64,000 nt of DNA from Candidatus Babeliales bacterium (GCA_963701665.1 OY969622.1:576001-640000), one strand, 5' to 3'; numbered from the stretch's first letter, positions 9,229 to 19,713 are shown. The notes: generated from the sequence alone by a model not told the origin. Numbers and translations are program-made.

Positions 9229-10623
9229 ATGAAAAAAAAATTAGTGACAAGTTATATTGCTGGAGTTTTTGATCAAGCCCATGGTGAAAGTTATTGGAAT
9301 ATTTTAACCTATTTTGTTCCCGAGTTCATTTCTTCATTAGTCCTTTTATTATTGTTGATAGATGCACAATGGGTATCCATGCTCAAATCAACGTCTATGT
9401 ATGCCACCGTAGGTACCACTAATACGCTGTTGCATGTAATTACCAAATTAGCAGAAGGTTTTTGCGTTGGTACTATTATTATGACGGGTCATTTTAATGG
9501 TCTTGAAGATTATAAGCAAGCAGGTAGAACACTCGTTGATGCCTTCTGGGTTACCTTTATATGTGGAGCCCTCGTTGCGGGATTTCTTTTTTTTGGTGCT
9601 TATTGGATTTTTTATTATTATGGTGTACCAACAAAAATGATTGCCTTAGGAGTGCCATATTTACGTCTCAAAGCGCTCAGTATTTTTTTCATGTTTATAT
9701 ATTTTGGTGTGATCGGTTTTTTACGAGGCATCAAAAAGCCTCGCGTGCTCATGCAGATTTTCATGCTTGGTGCTGCTCTTTATTTGTTTTTTGATTATGT
9801 GTTGATTTTTGGCAAATTAGGCTTTCCCGAAATGCAATTACAAGGATCGGCAATTGCTTCGGTGATTCAATATGCTGTTATGCTTCTTGCATCATTTCTC
9901 TTTATCTTTTTTGATCGAGAAAATCGCAAATATGGCATTGCACTTTTTTCACCGTTGCAAGATTTGGGCCGTATTAAAGAACTATTCATCCTCATGCTGC
10001 CTGTAATGATTGATAAAGCAACGTTAGCGGCAGCCTATATGTGGCTTGGTTACATGATCAATCCAATGGGTATTAGCGCGATTGCAAGTTTGACGGCAAT
10101 CAAAGACCTCGAACGGTTTGCTATTTTGCCGGCAGCTGCTTTTGCGAATGTAATCACTTTTTTGGTAAGCAATGCCTACGGACGTCATGATTGGGATGGC
10201 ATAAAATGCAATATTAAAAAAACGGTGTTCCTTTCTGCGCTCTTTGTCTTTTCAATTTTGCTTATCTTTTCCTTATGGCCATCCTACTTTATTGGCATAT
10301 TCGATTCAAAAAATAAATTTACCGCATTTTCGGCACGTATTTTCCCGATGCTGAGTGTACTTGTGTTTTTTGATTTGTTACAATTGATTTTATCTGGAGC
10401 CTTACGAGGCGCTGCAAATGTCAATGCCGTTATGTGGGTGCGATTGGCAGTCTGTGTATTTTATTTTATGCCTGTATCATGGATTATAGCGCATATGCCT
10501 CTTGAACGTTTGACCCTTAAATTTCTATTAGTCTACAGTTCCTTCTACATCGGCAGCGCTTTAATGAGTGTTATTTATGTTTATAGATTTCGTGGCGAGC
10601 GTTGGCAAAAAAAGAGTATTTAA
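9229..10623 (+). CDS. MATE family efflux transporter
   Basis: About 12 TM helices; FLRG..K, LIFGKLGFPEM...GSAIAS and LSGALRG MATE motifs; AAGGA RBS. Confidence 0.9.
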   Translation: MKKKLVTSYIAGVFDQAHGESYWNILTYFVPEFISSLVLLLLLIDAQWVSMLKSTSMYATVGTTNTLLHVITKLAEGFCVGTIIMTGHFNGLEDYKQAGRTLVDAFWVTFICGALVAGFLFFGAYWIFYYYGVPTKMIALGVPYLRLKALSIFFMFIYFGVIGFLRGIKKPRVLMQIFMLGAALYLFFDYVLIFGKLGFPEMQLQGSAIASVIQYAVMLLASFLFIFFDRENRKYGIALFSPLQDLGRIKELFILMLPVMIDKATLAAAYMWLGYMINPMGISAIASLTAIKDLERFAILPAAAFANVITFLVSNAYGRHDWDGIKCNIKKTVFLSALFVFSILLIFSLWPSYFIGIFDSKNKFTAFSARIFPMLSVLVFFDLLQLILSGALRGAANVNAVMWVRLAVCVFYFMPVSWIIAHMPLERLTLKFLLVYSSFYIGSALMSVIYVYRFRGERWQKKSI

Positions 10624-10641
10624 CATTTGATGAGGATAGTC

Positions 10642-10932
10642 ATGCAAACCATTTCTAAAGAAGAACTTCTGCATCTTGCTCGTTTATCGCGATTAGAGTT
10701 AGATGAGCATGAAATTACGTCATTAATAAAACAAATTGAATCAGTGTTGCAGTATGCAAAACGCGTGCAAGAAATTGCTCATGGTGATAGCCTTCCGCTT
10801 GAGCTGAAAAAAAATAGTAATGTCATGCGTGAAGATGTAGTCATACCTACCAATTCTGCCACTATTTTAGGACAAGCTCCTGAATGTGAGCAAAACTACT
10901 TTGTTGTCCCGGTCATCTTAGAAAATAATTAG
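10642..10932 (+). CDS. gatC: Asp-tRNA(Asn)/Glu-tRNA(Gln) amidotransferase subunit C
   Basis: ISKEELLHLARLSRLE...NVMRED...AP....YFVVP; GAGG RBS before ATG 10642; directly upstream of gatA. Confidence 0.93.
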   Translation: MQTISKEELLHLARLSRLELDEHEITSLIKQIESVLQYAKRVQEIAHGDSLPLELKKNSNVMREDVVIPTNSATILGQAPECEQNYFVVPVILENN

Positions 10933-10946
10933 GAAATTTAGCTGCT

Positions 10947-12392
10947 ATGAATACGCTTGCTTTTGCTACTATACAACAATTGCGTGATCAACTTGCGACC
11001 AAACAACTATCGCACGGTGAGATGCTTGATTTTTTTCTAGAAAGATTTGCCCGTTATGATAAAAAATTAGGTTCCGCGCTTGAAATTTTTTCACGCGAGT
11101 CAATTCTTGCCGATTATGTTCCCCATGGCATCTTACAAGGGATCCCTGGTCTTATTAAAGATAATATTTGTCAGCAACAACGTATTACCTCCTGTGCTTC
11201 TAAAATGCTTGAGAATTTCAAATCGACGTACGATGCAACGGCAATTGAGCGTTTAAAGATAGAAGGTGCTTTGTGCATTGGCCGTGCAAATATGGATGAG
11301 TTTGCCATGGGCAGCTCAACAGAAACATCTGCTTTTCAAAAAACAGTAAACCCGTGGAATAGCGCGTGCGTTCCTGGCGGTTCGAGTGGCGGTTCAATTG
11401 CTGCTGTTGCCGCGGGACTCATTCCGTGGGCGCTCGGTTCTGAAACGGGTGGGTCGGTACGCCAGCCGGCGGCATTTTGCGGGATTGTCGGTTTAAAACC
11501 GACGTACGGTCTTATTTCACGGTACGGATTAGTTGCGTACGCATCATCATTTGATCAAATTGGCATTGCAACGCGCACGGCATATGATAATGCACTCGTT
11601 TTGAGTGCTATTGCGGGTGTTGATCCTAAAGATTCAACCACGATCATGGTGGAGAAAAAAGATTATACCCAAGCACTGAAAGGTGGTATGCCCGAGGGTT
11701 TGAGAGTGGGGGTTATTGATAATGCCCTCAATGCTGAAGGCGTTGATGCGCAAGTTCATAAAGCTATTTCTACTGCGATCACCTATTTTGAAAAAAAGGG
11801 TGCTTCTGTTCAAAAAGTTTCAATTCCCAGCATGGATTATGGTGCTGCTATTTATTTTATTTTAAGTCGCGCGGAAGCTGCATCAAATTTAGCGCGGTTT
11901 GATGGCGTACGTTATGGATTGCGCGATAAAAAAGCGCACACATTACTTCAACTTTACGAAAAATCACGAAAAGCTGGTTTTGGTAAGGAAGTGAAAGCGC
12001 GTATTATGATTGGCAATTATGTGCTTTCAGTAGGACACGCTGCAGAATTCTATACCAATGCAAAAATTGCACAACATCGCATGCGCCAAGAATTTGAAGA
12101 AATTTTCAGGCACGTCGATATTCTCGTTTGCCCAACCACGCCGACAACGGCATTCAAATTTGGTGCCTTCGATGACAATAAATTACAAATGGATTTACAA
12201 GACTACTTTACATGTTCTATGAATATTACTGGTATTCCTGCATTGTCCATTCCTTGTGGTTTTTCAACGGATAACATGCCAATTGGTTTCCAGCTTGTTG
12301 GCCCGCATTTAAGTGAAGAAATGTTGTTACGTGTTGCACATGCCTATGAAATGGACCATGAATGGCATTTGCAGCATCCTAAAGGTTTTTAA
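10947..12392 (+). CDS. gatA: Asp-tRNA(Asn)/Glu-tRNA(Gln) amidotransferase subunit A
   Basis: Amidase signature PGGSSGGS, GSETGGSVRQPA, SNLARFDGVRYG. Confidence 0.97.
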   Translation: MNTLAFATIQQLRDQLATKQLSHGEMLDFFLERFARYDKKLGSALEIFSRESILADYVPHGILQGIPGLIKDNICQQQRITSCASKMLENFKSTYDATAIERLKIEGALCIGRANMDEFAMGSSTETSAFQKTVNPWNSACVPGGSSGGSIAAVAAGLIPWALGSETGGSVRQPAAFCGIVGLKPTYGLISRYGLVAYASSFDQIGIATRTAYDNALVLSAIAGVDPKDSTTIMVEKKDYTQALKGGMPEGLRVGVIDNALNAEGVDAQVHKAISTAITYFEKKGASVQKVSIPSMDYGAAIYFILSRAEAASNLARFDGVRYGLRDKKAHTLLQLYEKSRKAGFGKEVKARIMIGNYVLSVGHAAEFYTNAKIAQHRMRQEFEEIFRHVDILVCPTTPTTAFKFGAFDDNKLQMDLQDYFTCSMNITGIPALSIPCGFSTDNMPIGFQLVGPHLSEEMLLRVAHAYEMDHEWHLQHPKGF

Positions 12393-12410
12393 AAAAGATT
12401 GAGGTGAAAT

Positions 12411-13076
12411 ATGATTGCTTTTTCTTTTTTGTGTCTTGTTCTTTTTGTGAATGTGGTGAGTATTTGTCATTCTATGGATAGCATTCAAAAAAGAGTTAGT
12501 ACTTGGTGTTACAAAGGCCCCGAATTTACCATTGAGGTAAAAACAATGGGGAAAGTGCATAGTTTAACAAGGCAAGATGAAAACAAGATTTTACGTTGGC
12601 TAAAAGAGAAAAATATTGATGAGGAACAAGAAGAATTTATAAGAGCGAGTCTCTTCGTTTTTATAAATGCACAAATTCAGGAAAAACCTGAAGTTATAGA
12701 TGCTATTGATCGACGGCATAACAATTATCTATTTCGCTTATTTAATATTCGTAAAAATGATGTGATATATAAGGCTACGATACATCATTGTGCACAGGTT
12801 GCTTCGTGGTTAAAGCGCCGTGGCATGCAAAAACATTGTGGTGAAAAAGAACGTATAAAAATTGTAAATCATGGCCCATACATTTCTTTACGCGCAAAAA
12901 ACATAGGACGTTATAAAGAAGTTGTACCTAACAATACGTATAGACAAGCACTTTTAGAAAGAAATAAATTTATTGCTTTGCTCAGTACGACTGTGGCAGG
13001 TGAAGATATTACGAGTGAAGCATTATCACAAGCGACGCTTCAATTTCATTTTGAACGCCATATCAAAAATAATTAA
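12411..13076 (+). CDS. Hypothetical secreted protein
   Basis: GAGGTG RBS; signal peptide ending ICHS|MDS; no recognised domain. Confidence 0.7.
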   Translation: MIAFSFLCLVLFVNVVSICHSMDSIQKRVSTWCYKGPEFTIEVKTMGKVHSLTRQDENKILRWLKEKNIDEEQEEFIRASLFVFINAQIQEKPEVIDAIDRRHNNYLFRLFNIRKNDVIYKATIHHCAQVASWLKRRGMQKHCGEKERIKIVNHGPYISLRAKNIGRYKEVVPNNTYRQALLERNKFIALLSTTVAGEDITSEALSQATLQFHFERHIKNN

Positions 13077-13181
13077 CAGTTTGTTAATTTATCAAAAATC
13101 GTTGCCTCAAACTTTTCTATAATTATATACTGAGTGTCTAGGGGATAGACACGTTACCTTTCATTCATGAAAGGTGGGTAT

Positions 13182-14033
13182 ATGATTTGGGGACGATATT
13201 TACTCATTTTTTTTGTGATAATGATGCCATTCTGTGGTTATGCATATCGAAATTGCCACAAAAAACATTATGTACATGCGCATTGCAAAAGATTTAAGCA
13301 GAAACAAAAGAAGAAAAGGCTGCCATATAGAATTGTGAATGGCATCGGTACGCTTGTGCAGGAAGCAATTTTATTGAATAGAAATTTGTTTAGTATTGAT
13401 ACGGTAAAGGTATTTACTGCTTTTACACCGCTCTACATTACAACACGTATGGCAGATGAATCGCTCCATGGGAAGTTTTATGATGCTGAGCATCATAAAA
13501 ATAAATATCAAATGCCGCATACGTTTATTAAAGTTATTAATAATTTTGGTGATGTTGGTATCATTACCTTGACGAGTCTAGCATTTTTCGCATCAGATGA
13601 GCAATTACGGTTAACCGCGCGCATATTTGGTATTGGTGCAGTATCAGCACTCGCTGCAAAAGATATTGTAAAAAAAATGCGCGTGAAAGCTTGTATTAGG
13701 CCTTATAGCGAAAAATTTGAACCCACGCCAGCGTATGGAGGTTTTCCTTCGGGACATATGATCGAAGTAGCCTACATGGCAACATTATGGGGACTACAAT
13801 ACGGCTTAAAAGCAGGAATACCATTGGGGATTTTGGCAGCATTGTCATTTGGCGTTCTTGTTGGTAGTAATCGCCATTTTATTTCTCAGGTTGTTGCTGG
13901 TACTGGGTTTGGTGTTATCTATGCATTAGCTGCTAATACGCTCATTAATACAAAAATTGCTGAAACAATAACGTTTGGTTGTACCCTTAATAATAACGCT
14001 CTTCCGACATTTTCTCTTGCGTACAATTTTTAA
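13182..14033 (+). CDS. PAP2-superfamily phosphatase
   Basis: K......RP, FPSGH and SNRHFISQV motifs of PAP2. Confidence 0.8.
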   Translation: MIWGRYLLIFFVIMMPFCGYAYRNCHKKHYVHAHCKRFKQKQKKKRLPYRIVNGIGTLVQEAILLNRNLFSIDTVKVFTAFTPLYITTRMADESLHGKFYDAEHHKNKYQMPHTFIKVINNFGDVGIITLTSLAFFASDEQLRLTARIFGIGAVSALAAKDIVKKMRVKACIRPYSEKFEPTPAYGGFPSGHMIEVAYMATLWGLQYGLKAGIPLGILAALSFGVLVGSNRHFISQVVAGTGFGVIYALAANTLINTKIAETITFGCTLNNNALPTFSLAYNF

Positions 14034-14507
14034 TTACAGCCTACTTCCCAGAAAAATGAGTAACTTAATAACTGTTTTAAGCACAAATGCTTTGACTATG
14101 ATCTCAACTGAATCAAGAAAAAAGCTTGTATGTTTTGGTGCATTAATAATATTGCTTGGAATATAGGTAAGGATAGTTTCCTTCAATCCTCCCTTGTTAA
14201 GTGGCATATTTTCTGTGCCATAAATTTCTCCGTGCTTTTCATAAATTTTATACGAGCAATAAGTAAACATCCCCAAATTTAATCCATAACTTGAAAGAAA
14301 TTTACTCATTTTTCTAAATCGTTTTTTTAATGTCGTAGTTGTGGGCTTTTCATATTCACGTTCAGAAAGAAAATGTTGTAAATAGGGCTTTTCAAAATAA
14401 AGTTGAGCGGCATGCTGCTCGATACTTTTTTCTGGGCAAGATGCAGGGAAAAGAGTAAAAGGGATGATTAATATAATCACCCCTTGCACAAACTGTGTTA
14501 TGTTCAT
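14034..14507 (-). CDS. Hypothetical membrane/exported protein
   Basis: 157-aa ORF overlapping the stop of the upstream gene (ATGA coupling). Confidence 0.6.
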   Translation of the reverse strand: MNITQFVQGVIILIIPFTLFPASCPEKSIEQHAAQLYFEKPYLQHFLSEREYEKPTTTTLKKRFRKMSKFLSSYGLNLGMFTYCSYKIYEKHGEIYGTENMPLNKGGLKETILTYIPSNIINAPKHTSFFLDSVEIIVKAFVLKTVIKLLIFLGSRL

Positions 14508-15424
14508 TCAGCCATCATAGATGTGGAGCCGGAGTCGGTTTCTTGAATTCCTTCAGCCTGTATGCGACTTAAACGGGGTACAAATTTATCATGAATAATC
14601 TCGGTGCTATAATCATTAATCCACGCGTGCAGAACATCTTTGAAAAAAACGAGTCGTTTGATTTTTACTTTTGCTGTCGCGATTTCTTTTTCGTAGCCTG
14701 GGAAGAGATATGATAATTTTGTGTAGGAAAGCCACTCATGCAATTGCAAAAATTTATTTAACTTATTTAATTCGCGATCAACGGCATTATTGAATTTTAC
14801 CATAGGCGTCATCATATCAGTGTTATTCGCAGGAAGATAAGTTGATTTTATGGTATTGAAAAGTTCTTCAGCTACTTCCTGATGGGGAACTTCTATCATT
14901 ACTTCTAAAGGTATATGTTCTTTCCACGTTGACCATGTATTTCTTTTGAGTGCGTAGTGAGATAAATTATACATTTTAATTTGATAAACAGCATAGACTG
15001 CCAGTAGGGCTCCGATAGTTATAGTGACGGGATTAATCGTGGAAAAAGTATTTTTAATAAATGTCGAAATATTACTAAATGAAGGGGCGTTCGAACGGTA
15101 TGATGGTGTTGCTTCTTGTTGAGGTGTTACAAAATATACAGGCGATTGAACATTGCCATCTTGTGTAGGTAGTTCAAAGTTTGTTGCTGGTTGTTGCAAT
15201 GTATGTAAGGGTATTGCCAAATATGTGGGGGGTTGCTTGCCAGTGCGATGTGGTTGCTGGTAGTGGCCACGTGATTGTTCGATGCCATTAGAGCTCTTGC
15301 TATAACTTGAACTTTTAGTTGAGATATGAACGGTGAAATTTTTGCCCGGTTGAATTTTTTCATCTTCGGCGATCAAGCTGTTGAAGGCAAGAAGTGAACA
15401 TAAGAGTGTATGCTTCATGTACAT
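14504..15424 (-). CDS. Hypothetical exported protein with one TM helix
   Basis: Signal peptide, Q/P/S-rich linker, TM segment, helical C-domain; AAGGA RBS. Confidence 0.7.
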   Translation of the reverse strand: MYMKHTLLCSLLAFNSLIAEDEKIQPGKNFTVHISTKSSSYSKSSNGIEQSRGHYQQPHRTGKQPPTYLAIPLHTLQQPATNFELPTQDGNVQSPVYFVTPQQEATPSYRSNAPSFSNISTFIKNTFSTINPVTITIGALLAVYAVYQIKMYNLSHYALKRNTWSTWKEHIPLEVMIEVPHQEVAEELFNTIKSTYLPANNTDMMTPMVKFNNAVDRELNKLNKFLQLHEWLSYTKLSYLFPGYEKEIATAKVKIKRLVFFKDVLHAWINDYSTEIIHDKFVPRLSRIQAEGIQETDSGSTSMMAE

Positions 15425-15442
15425 CCTTTTTTTAAATGGTAC

Positions 15443-16057
15443 TTAAGAAAATTTTTCTTCGATATATTTTTTATATTCTTGTTCTTCCTTTTCAAGTGCA
15501 TTGCGAGCGTTTTTGTGACAATCAAAGCTAACCATAATGCCATAGGCGAGTGGAAGGGGTAAAAAAACTAAATCAAAAATGGCATCTTTAACAGCATTTT
15601 TATAATAATCAGCATCCCCATTTTCTTTGATCAAGAGAAGCTTATTAAATTGTTCTTTAATGCTTTGGGGCCAACGTTGTTGTTCAGATTCACTAAGATG
15701 AACAAGTAAATCATGCCATTCTTGTTCGGTGAATAATGAAAGGAACTCTTCATATTCAGTTCGATTTAAGTTTTTTATAAAAGTGCTACGATGTTGTTTT
15801 GATAATTTTTGTAATAATTTTTTTCTTTTTTTATTAGTTGTTGCTTGCAAACAGTCTTTGAGTGCCGTGCCACTTTTGCATTCGGCGCAGCGCATTTTTT
15901 TAGGCGGTGGAGGAAAGATCACACTGCTATTTGCTTCTTGTTTATTTTCAACAATGAGATTGATGATCGTGTTGTCAGATTCATTTGGTGCTTTTTGTTC
16001 ACCGTGCACACGCATGCCCGTACTTATTAAAAGAATACAGAGCCATTTTTTTTGCAT
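15443..16057 (-). CDS. Hypothetical exported protein with basic NLS-like patches and short helical repeats
   Basis: AAGGGG RBS before MQKKWLCILL; PPPPKKMR and KKRKK; one TM helix near the C-terminus. Confidence 0.65.
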   Translation of the reverse strand: MQKKWLCILLISTGMRVHGEQKAPNESDNTIINLIVENKQEANSSVIFPPPPKKMRCAECKSGTALKDCLQATTNKKRKKLLQKLSKQHRSTFIKNLNRTEYEEFLSLFTEQEWHDLLVHLSESEQQRWPQSIKEQFNKLLLIKENGDADYYKNAVKDAIFDLVFLPLPLAYGIMVSFDCHKNARNALEKEEQEYKKYIEEKFS

Positions 16058-16124
16058 AATTCCCCTTCTTGTCCCTAGCGTCACCTATTTTTACTCGGTT
16101 ATAGCCAAAATAGTGGCTAAAATA

Positions 16125-16144
16125 CAATATTTGGCCAAATATTG
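16125..16144. promoter_or_regulatory. Perfect 20-bp palindrome in the divergent region upstream of uvrA (candidate operator)
   Basis: CAATATTTGG|CCAAATATTG; a second inverted repeat TAGCCA-N6-TGGCTA lies at 16102-16119. Confidence 0.4.
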
Positions 16145-16262
16145 GTGAATAATGGATGGTTATTGTCGCTTTCATTTATTTATGGTAAAATAAAGATATT
16201 TCATAAATAAAATTTAATCTTATTTGAATAAGTAAATATGAATAAAAAAGAGGATTAGCCGC

Positions 16263-18842
16263 ATGAAAAACCAGGCAAAAGACAAAAAATTTACTAGCTG
16301 GATTTCCATTATGGGGGCGAGGGAACACAATTTAAAAAATATTGATGTTACCATCCCCAAAGGCGCGTTTACTGTTATAACAGGCCCCTCGGGTTCTGGT
16401 AAGAGTACCCTCGCTTTGGACATATTATATACCGAGGGAAAGCGGCGCTATATGGAATCGCTTTCTTCCTACGCGCGTCAATTTCTTGGTATTGCCAAAA
16501 AACCTGATTTTGACCGAATTGAAGGATTGTGCCCCTCGATAGCCATAGAGCAAAGAACTGTGGGCAACAACCCTAGGTCCACTGTAGGAACGATCACTGA
16601 GATCTATGATTATTTGCGTGTGCTTTTTGCACGTATTGGGCGAGCGCATTGTCCTAAATGTTTGCTTCCTATTCAAGCTGAGTCGCCAGAAAATATAACC
16701 GAGATGGTGCTTAAAAAATTTAATGAAAAAACCATCACCATAGCGGCACCCGTTGTTATTGAGAAAAAAGGTGAATTTCATAACCAGCTAGAACAGCTTT
16801 TTGGCCAGGGGTATTATCGGTTTGTCATCGATGAAAAAAAATACAAATTTCAAAACGTCGATGAAATAAAACGGTTAAAGCTTGGAAAAACCTATAAACA
16901 CTCCATAGACGTGCTTTTAGACATCATTGATGTATTGCCCGCAGAACGTTCACGATTACAAGAAGGGGTCGAGCGTGCATTTTCATTAGCACAAGGGTTT
17001 TGCAAGCTTATCGTTGGTAATCAAAAACATATGTATTCTTCTAGCCGCATTTGCTTAAAATGTGCCACCTCATTTCCTGAGCTTGAACCACGTCTATTTT
17101 CATTCAATTCACCATTCGGGGCATGTAATCAATGTCATGGCTTAGGGGTAATGCATGTCATACCTTGGATGAAAGAAACGCCACACGAGTGGAAAGAAGG
17201 ATACGAGCATTTTTACTCAATGTATGGGAATCCGCTTTGTAAGCAATGCAGAGGTAAAAGACTCAATACTCATGCCTTATCAGTTACAATCCAAGATAAA
17301 ACAATTTATGATATTGCAGATCTTTCGGTAAAACATGCGCTTGAATTTTTTAACAAACTTACCATAACAGACACTGAAAAATTAATTGCGCAAGCATTGT
17401 TAAAAGAAATTATTACGCGTCTTACCTTCCTACAAAATGTAGGTCTTTCCTATCTTTCCCTGATGCGCACCGCGCGTACCTTATCGGGCGGCGAAGGTCA
17501 GCGTATCAGATTAGCAACACAAATTGGATCAGCATTAACGGGCGTTCTCTATATTCTTGATGAACCAAGTATTGGCTTGCATCAACGAGATAACGATCGT
17601 TTGCTCGATACCCTCAAAAAGTTGCGCGATCAAGGTAACACTGTCGTTGTTGTTGAACACGATCTTGATACTATTTCCCAAGCAGATTATCTCATTGATA
17701 TGGGCCCTGCAGCAGGAATTTTAGGTGGCCAAGTGACGGCTGTGGGTAATCCTAAAGAGCTTGCACGAAATCCAGCTTCGCTTACGGGAGCATTTTTAGC
17801 CGGTAAGCGTACCATTGCAATGCCTGATCATATTCGAAAAGCGCAAGGCTATTTAACGTTGCAGCATGCGCAAAAAAATAATTTAAAAGATTTGAACGTG
17901 AAATTTCCTCTTGGGGTAATGTGTTGTGTGTCAGGCGTATCGGGATCAGGTAAAAGTACCCTCGTTCTTGATGAATTAGTGCCTGCCATTGAACGCGCGC
18001 TTGCAAGTCGAGGGAAATCTAAAACGATCATGCAAACAGATGACAATTTGACCGGTGCTGATGCACTCGAGTCATTAGTGGTGATCGATCAATCGCCGAT
18101 CGGTAAAACGCCGCGCTCAAATCCAGCAACCTATTTAGGTATTTTTGATGAAATTCGCGCGCTTTTTGCATCATTGCCTGAAAGTAACGCGCGCGGTTAT
18201 AAAGTAGGTCGTTTCAGCTTTAACGTGGAAGAAGGGCGTTGCTTTGAATGCCGTGGAGAAGGTACACTCACCGTTGCAATGCAATTTTTAGCAGATGTCA
18301 TCATAACGTGTAAAGTCTGTAGCGGGAAACGCTATAATAAAGAAACGTTAGATATTCAGTATAAGCAAAAAACAATCGCTGATGTGTTAGCATTATCTGC
18401 ACGTGAGGCAGTCAACTTTTTTGCATCACATAAATCAATCGCAAAGCGATTACAGCTTCTGTGTGATGTTGGCCTTGATTATTTAACCTTGGGCCAACCT
18501 TCAACAACACTCTCAGGTGGTGAAGCACAGCGCATTAAATTAGTTAATGAGCTTGCAAAGCGTGGCAGCAAAACGCTCTATATTCTTGATGAACCTACAA
18601 CAGGATTACATTCAAGTGATATCGATAAGCTGATTCAAGTACTCAATAATCTCATTAATAAAGGTAACTCAATGGTGATCATTGAACATAACCTTGATGT
18701 GCTCAAAATTGCCGACCATATTATCGATTTAGGCCCTGAAGGTGGTGATGAAGGTGGTACAATTGTTGCGCAAGGTACGCCACAAGAAATAGCACGATCA
18801 GCTAAAAGTCACACCGGTAAATATTTGAAGAAGCTACTTTAG
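16263..18842 (+). CDS. uvrA: Excinuclease ABC subunit A (short form lacking the insertion domain)
   Basis: GAREHNLKN, two Walker A motifs (GPSGSGKS, GVSGSGKS), two LSGGE signatures, Zn fingers; 859 aa. Confidence 0.97.
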   Translation: MKNQAKDKKFTSWISIMGAREHNLKNIDVTIPKGAFTVITGPSGSGKSTLALDILYTEGKRRYMESLSSYARQFLGIAKKPDFDRIEGLCPSIAIEQRTVGNNPRSTVGTITEIYDYLRVLFARIGRAHCPKCLLPIQAESPENITEMVLKKFNEKTITIAAPVVIEKKGEFHNQLEQLFGQGYYRFVIDEKKYKFQNVDEIKRLKLGKTYKHSIDVLLDIIDVLPAERSRLQEGVERAFSLAQGFCKLIVGNQKHMYSSSRICLKCATSFPELEPRLFSFNSPFGACNQCHGLGVMHVIPWMKETPHEWKEGYEHFYSMYGNPLCKQCRGKRLNTHALSVTIQDKTIYDIADLSVKHALEFFNKLTITDTEKLIAQALLKEIITRLTFLQNVGLSYLSLMRTARTLSGGEGQRIRLATQIGSALTGVLYILDEPSIGLHQRDNDRLLDTLKKLRDQGNTVVVVEHDLDTISQADYLIDMGPAAGILGGQVTAVGNPKELARNPASLTGAFLAGKRTIAMPDHIRKAQGYLTLQHAQKNNLKDLNVKFPLGVMCCVSGVSGSGKSTLVLDELVPAIERALASRGKSKTIMQTDDNLTGADALESLVVIDQSPIGKTPRSNPATYLGIFDEIRALFASLPESNARGYKVGRFSFNVEEGRCFECRGEGTLTVAMQFLADVIITCKVCSGKRYNKETLDIQYKQKTIADVLALSAREAVNFFASHKSIAKRLQLLCDVGLDYLTLGQPSTTLSGGEAQRIKLVNELAKRGSKTLYILDEPTTGLHSSDIDKLIQVLNNLINKGNSMVIIEHNLDVLKIADHIIDLGPEGGDEGGTIVAQGTPQEIARSAKSHTGKYLKKLL

Positions 18843-18894
18843 CTTGAACTCGATTTGACTGTGCCGCAGGTAATGCATATTGGAAAACAGAATC

Positions 18895-18992
18895 GTCATT
18901 GCGAGCGAATGCGTGGCAATCCAATTATAAAATTAGTTCATTAAAGGAATTAATTAAAGTTTGGATCCCCACGGCTAAAGCCTCGGGATGAC
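18895..18992. repeat. REP/REPIN-like inverted hairpin doublet, copy 1
   Basis: GTCATTGCGAG...GTGGCAATCCA, AT-rich spacer, then TGGATCCCCAC...CTCGGGATGAC; near-identical to 25567-25666. Confidence 0.85.
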
Positions 18993-19016
18993 ATTCTTGT
19001 GTTTATCAAGTTCACG

Positions 19017-19496
19017 TTATTTAACCTTAAGATGCTTTTTTCTAGCATTATCGCGTCTACGATTATCAGCTTTGATTGCTCTATACCAATTTTTATCATT
19101 AGATGATTGTGCTTGTCGCTTCAAAAAGGTCTTTGAAGGACCTTTGTTCATTGCTAATGTAGGTACTGATTGAGGTTTATTATTATCAAAATAATAATTA
19201 TATCCCACTGCTGCAATAGTACCGGCAACAATTTGAGTTCCAATAAAAGCAGCATATCCTTCAGAAATTGGATCTGGATGGTGATGTTCTTGTGCGATAC
19301 TACTTATTCGCGCATAGGCATAAGTCGATAAACCGGTAGCACCTGTAAAAAATGAAAAGATATAGAGTGCTTTTGACAAAGTTTCATGTGAGCAGTTACA
19401 TGCGTTTACAGCATTTTCTTCTTCGTCCATGGAAAAACTGAACATAGGGCATAGCATGCATAAAACTACAAAAGACCAATTAAGAAGTTTTTTCAT
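19017..19496 (-). CDS. Hypothetical exported protein with two TM helices and basic C-terminal tail
   Basis: AAAGGG RBS; MKKLLNW...FSFS|MDE; two hydrophobic helices. Confidence 0.65.
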   Translation of the reverse strand: MKKLLNWSFVVLCMLCPMFSFSMDEEENAVNACNCSHETLSKALYIFSFFTGATGLSTYAYARISSIAQEHHHPDPISEGYAAFIGTQIVAGTIAAVGYNYYFDNNKPQSVPTLAMNKGPSKTFLKRQAQSSNDKNWYRAIKADNRRRDNARKKHLKVK

Positions 19497-19713
19497 GATG
19501 AACCCTTTCTGTAAAAGTTTTTCTATAAGAATAAAATATAATTTTTTTTTATTCTTGTAAATCACAATCTTTTTTTGATGTTTCTAATAATTTACCGTTT
19601 TCTTTACATTTTTTATGAGCTATTTTATCATTATCATCGATTACTAAAGGCTTTTTTATTTAATTTTGTTTTCTATTAGGATATTCACTCATAGTATATA
19701 AAGGTTTACGCAT

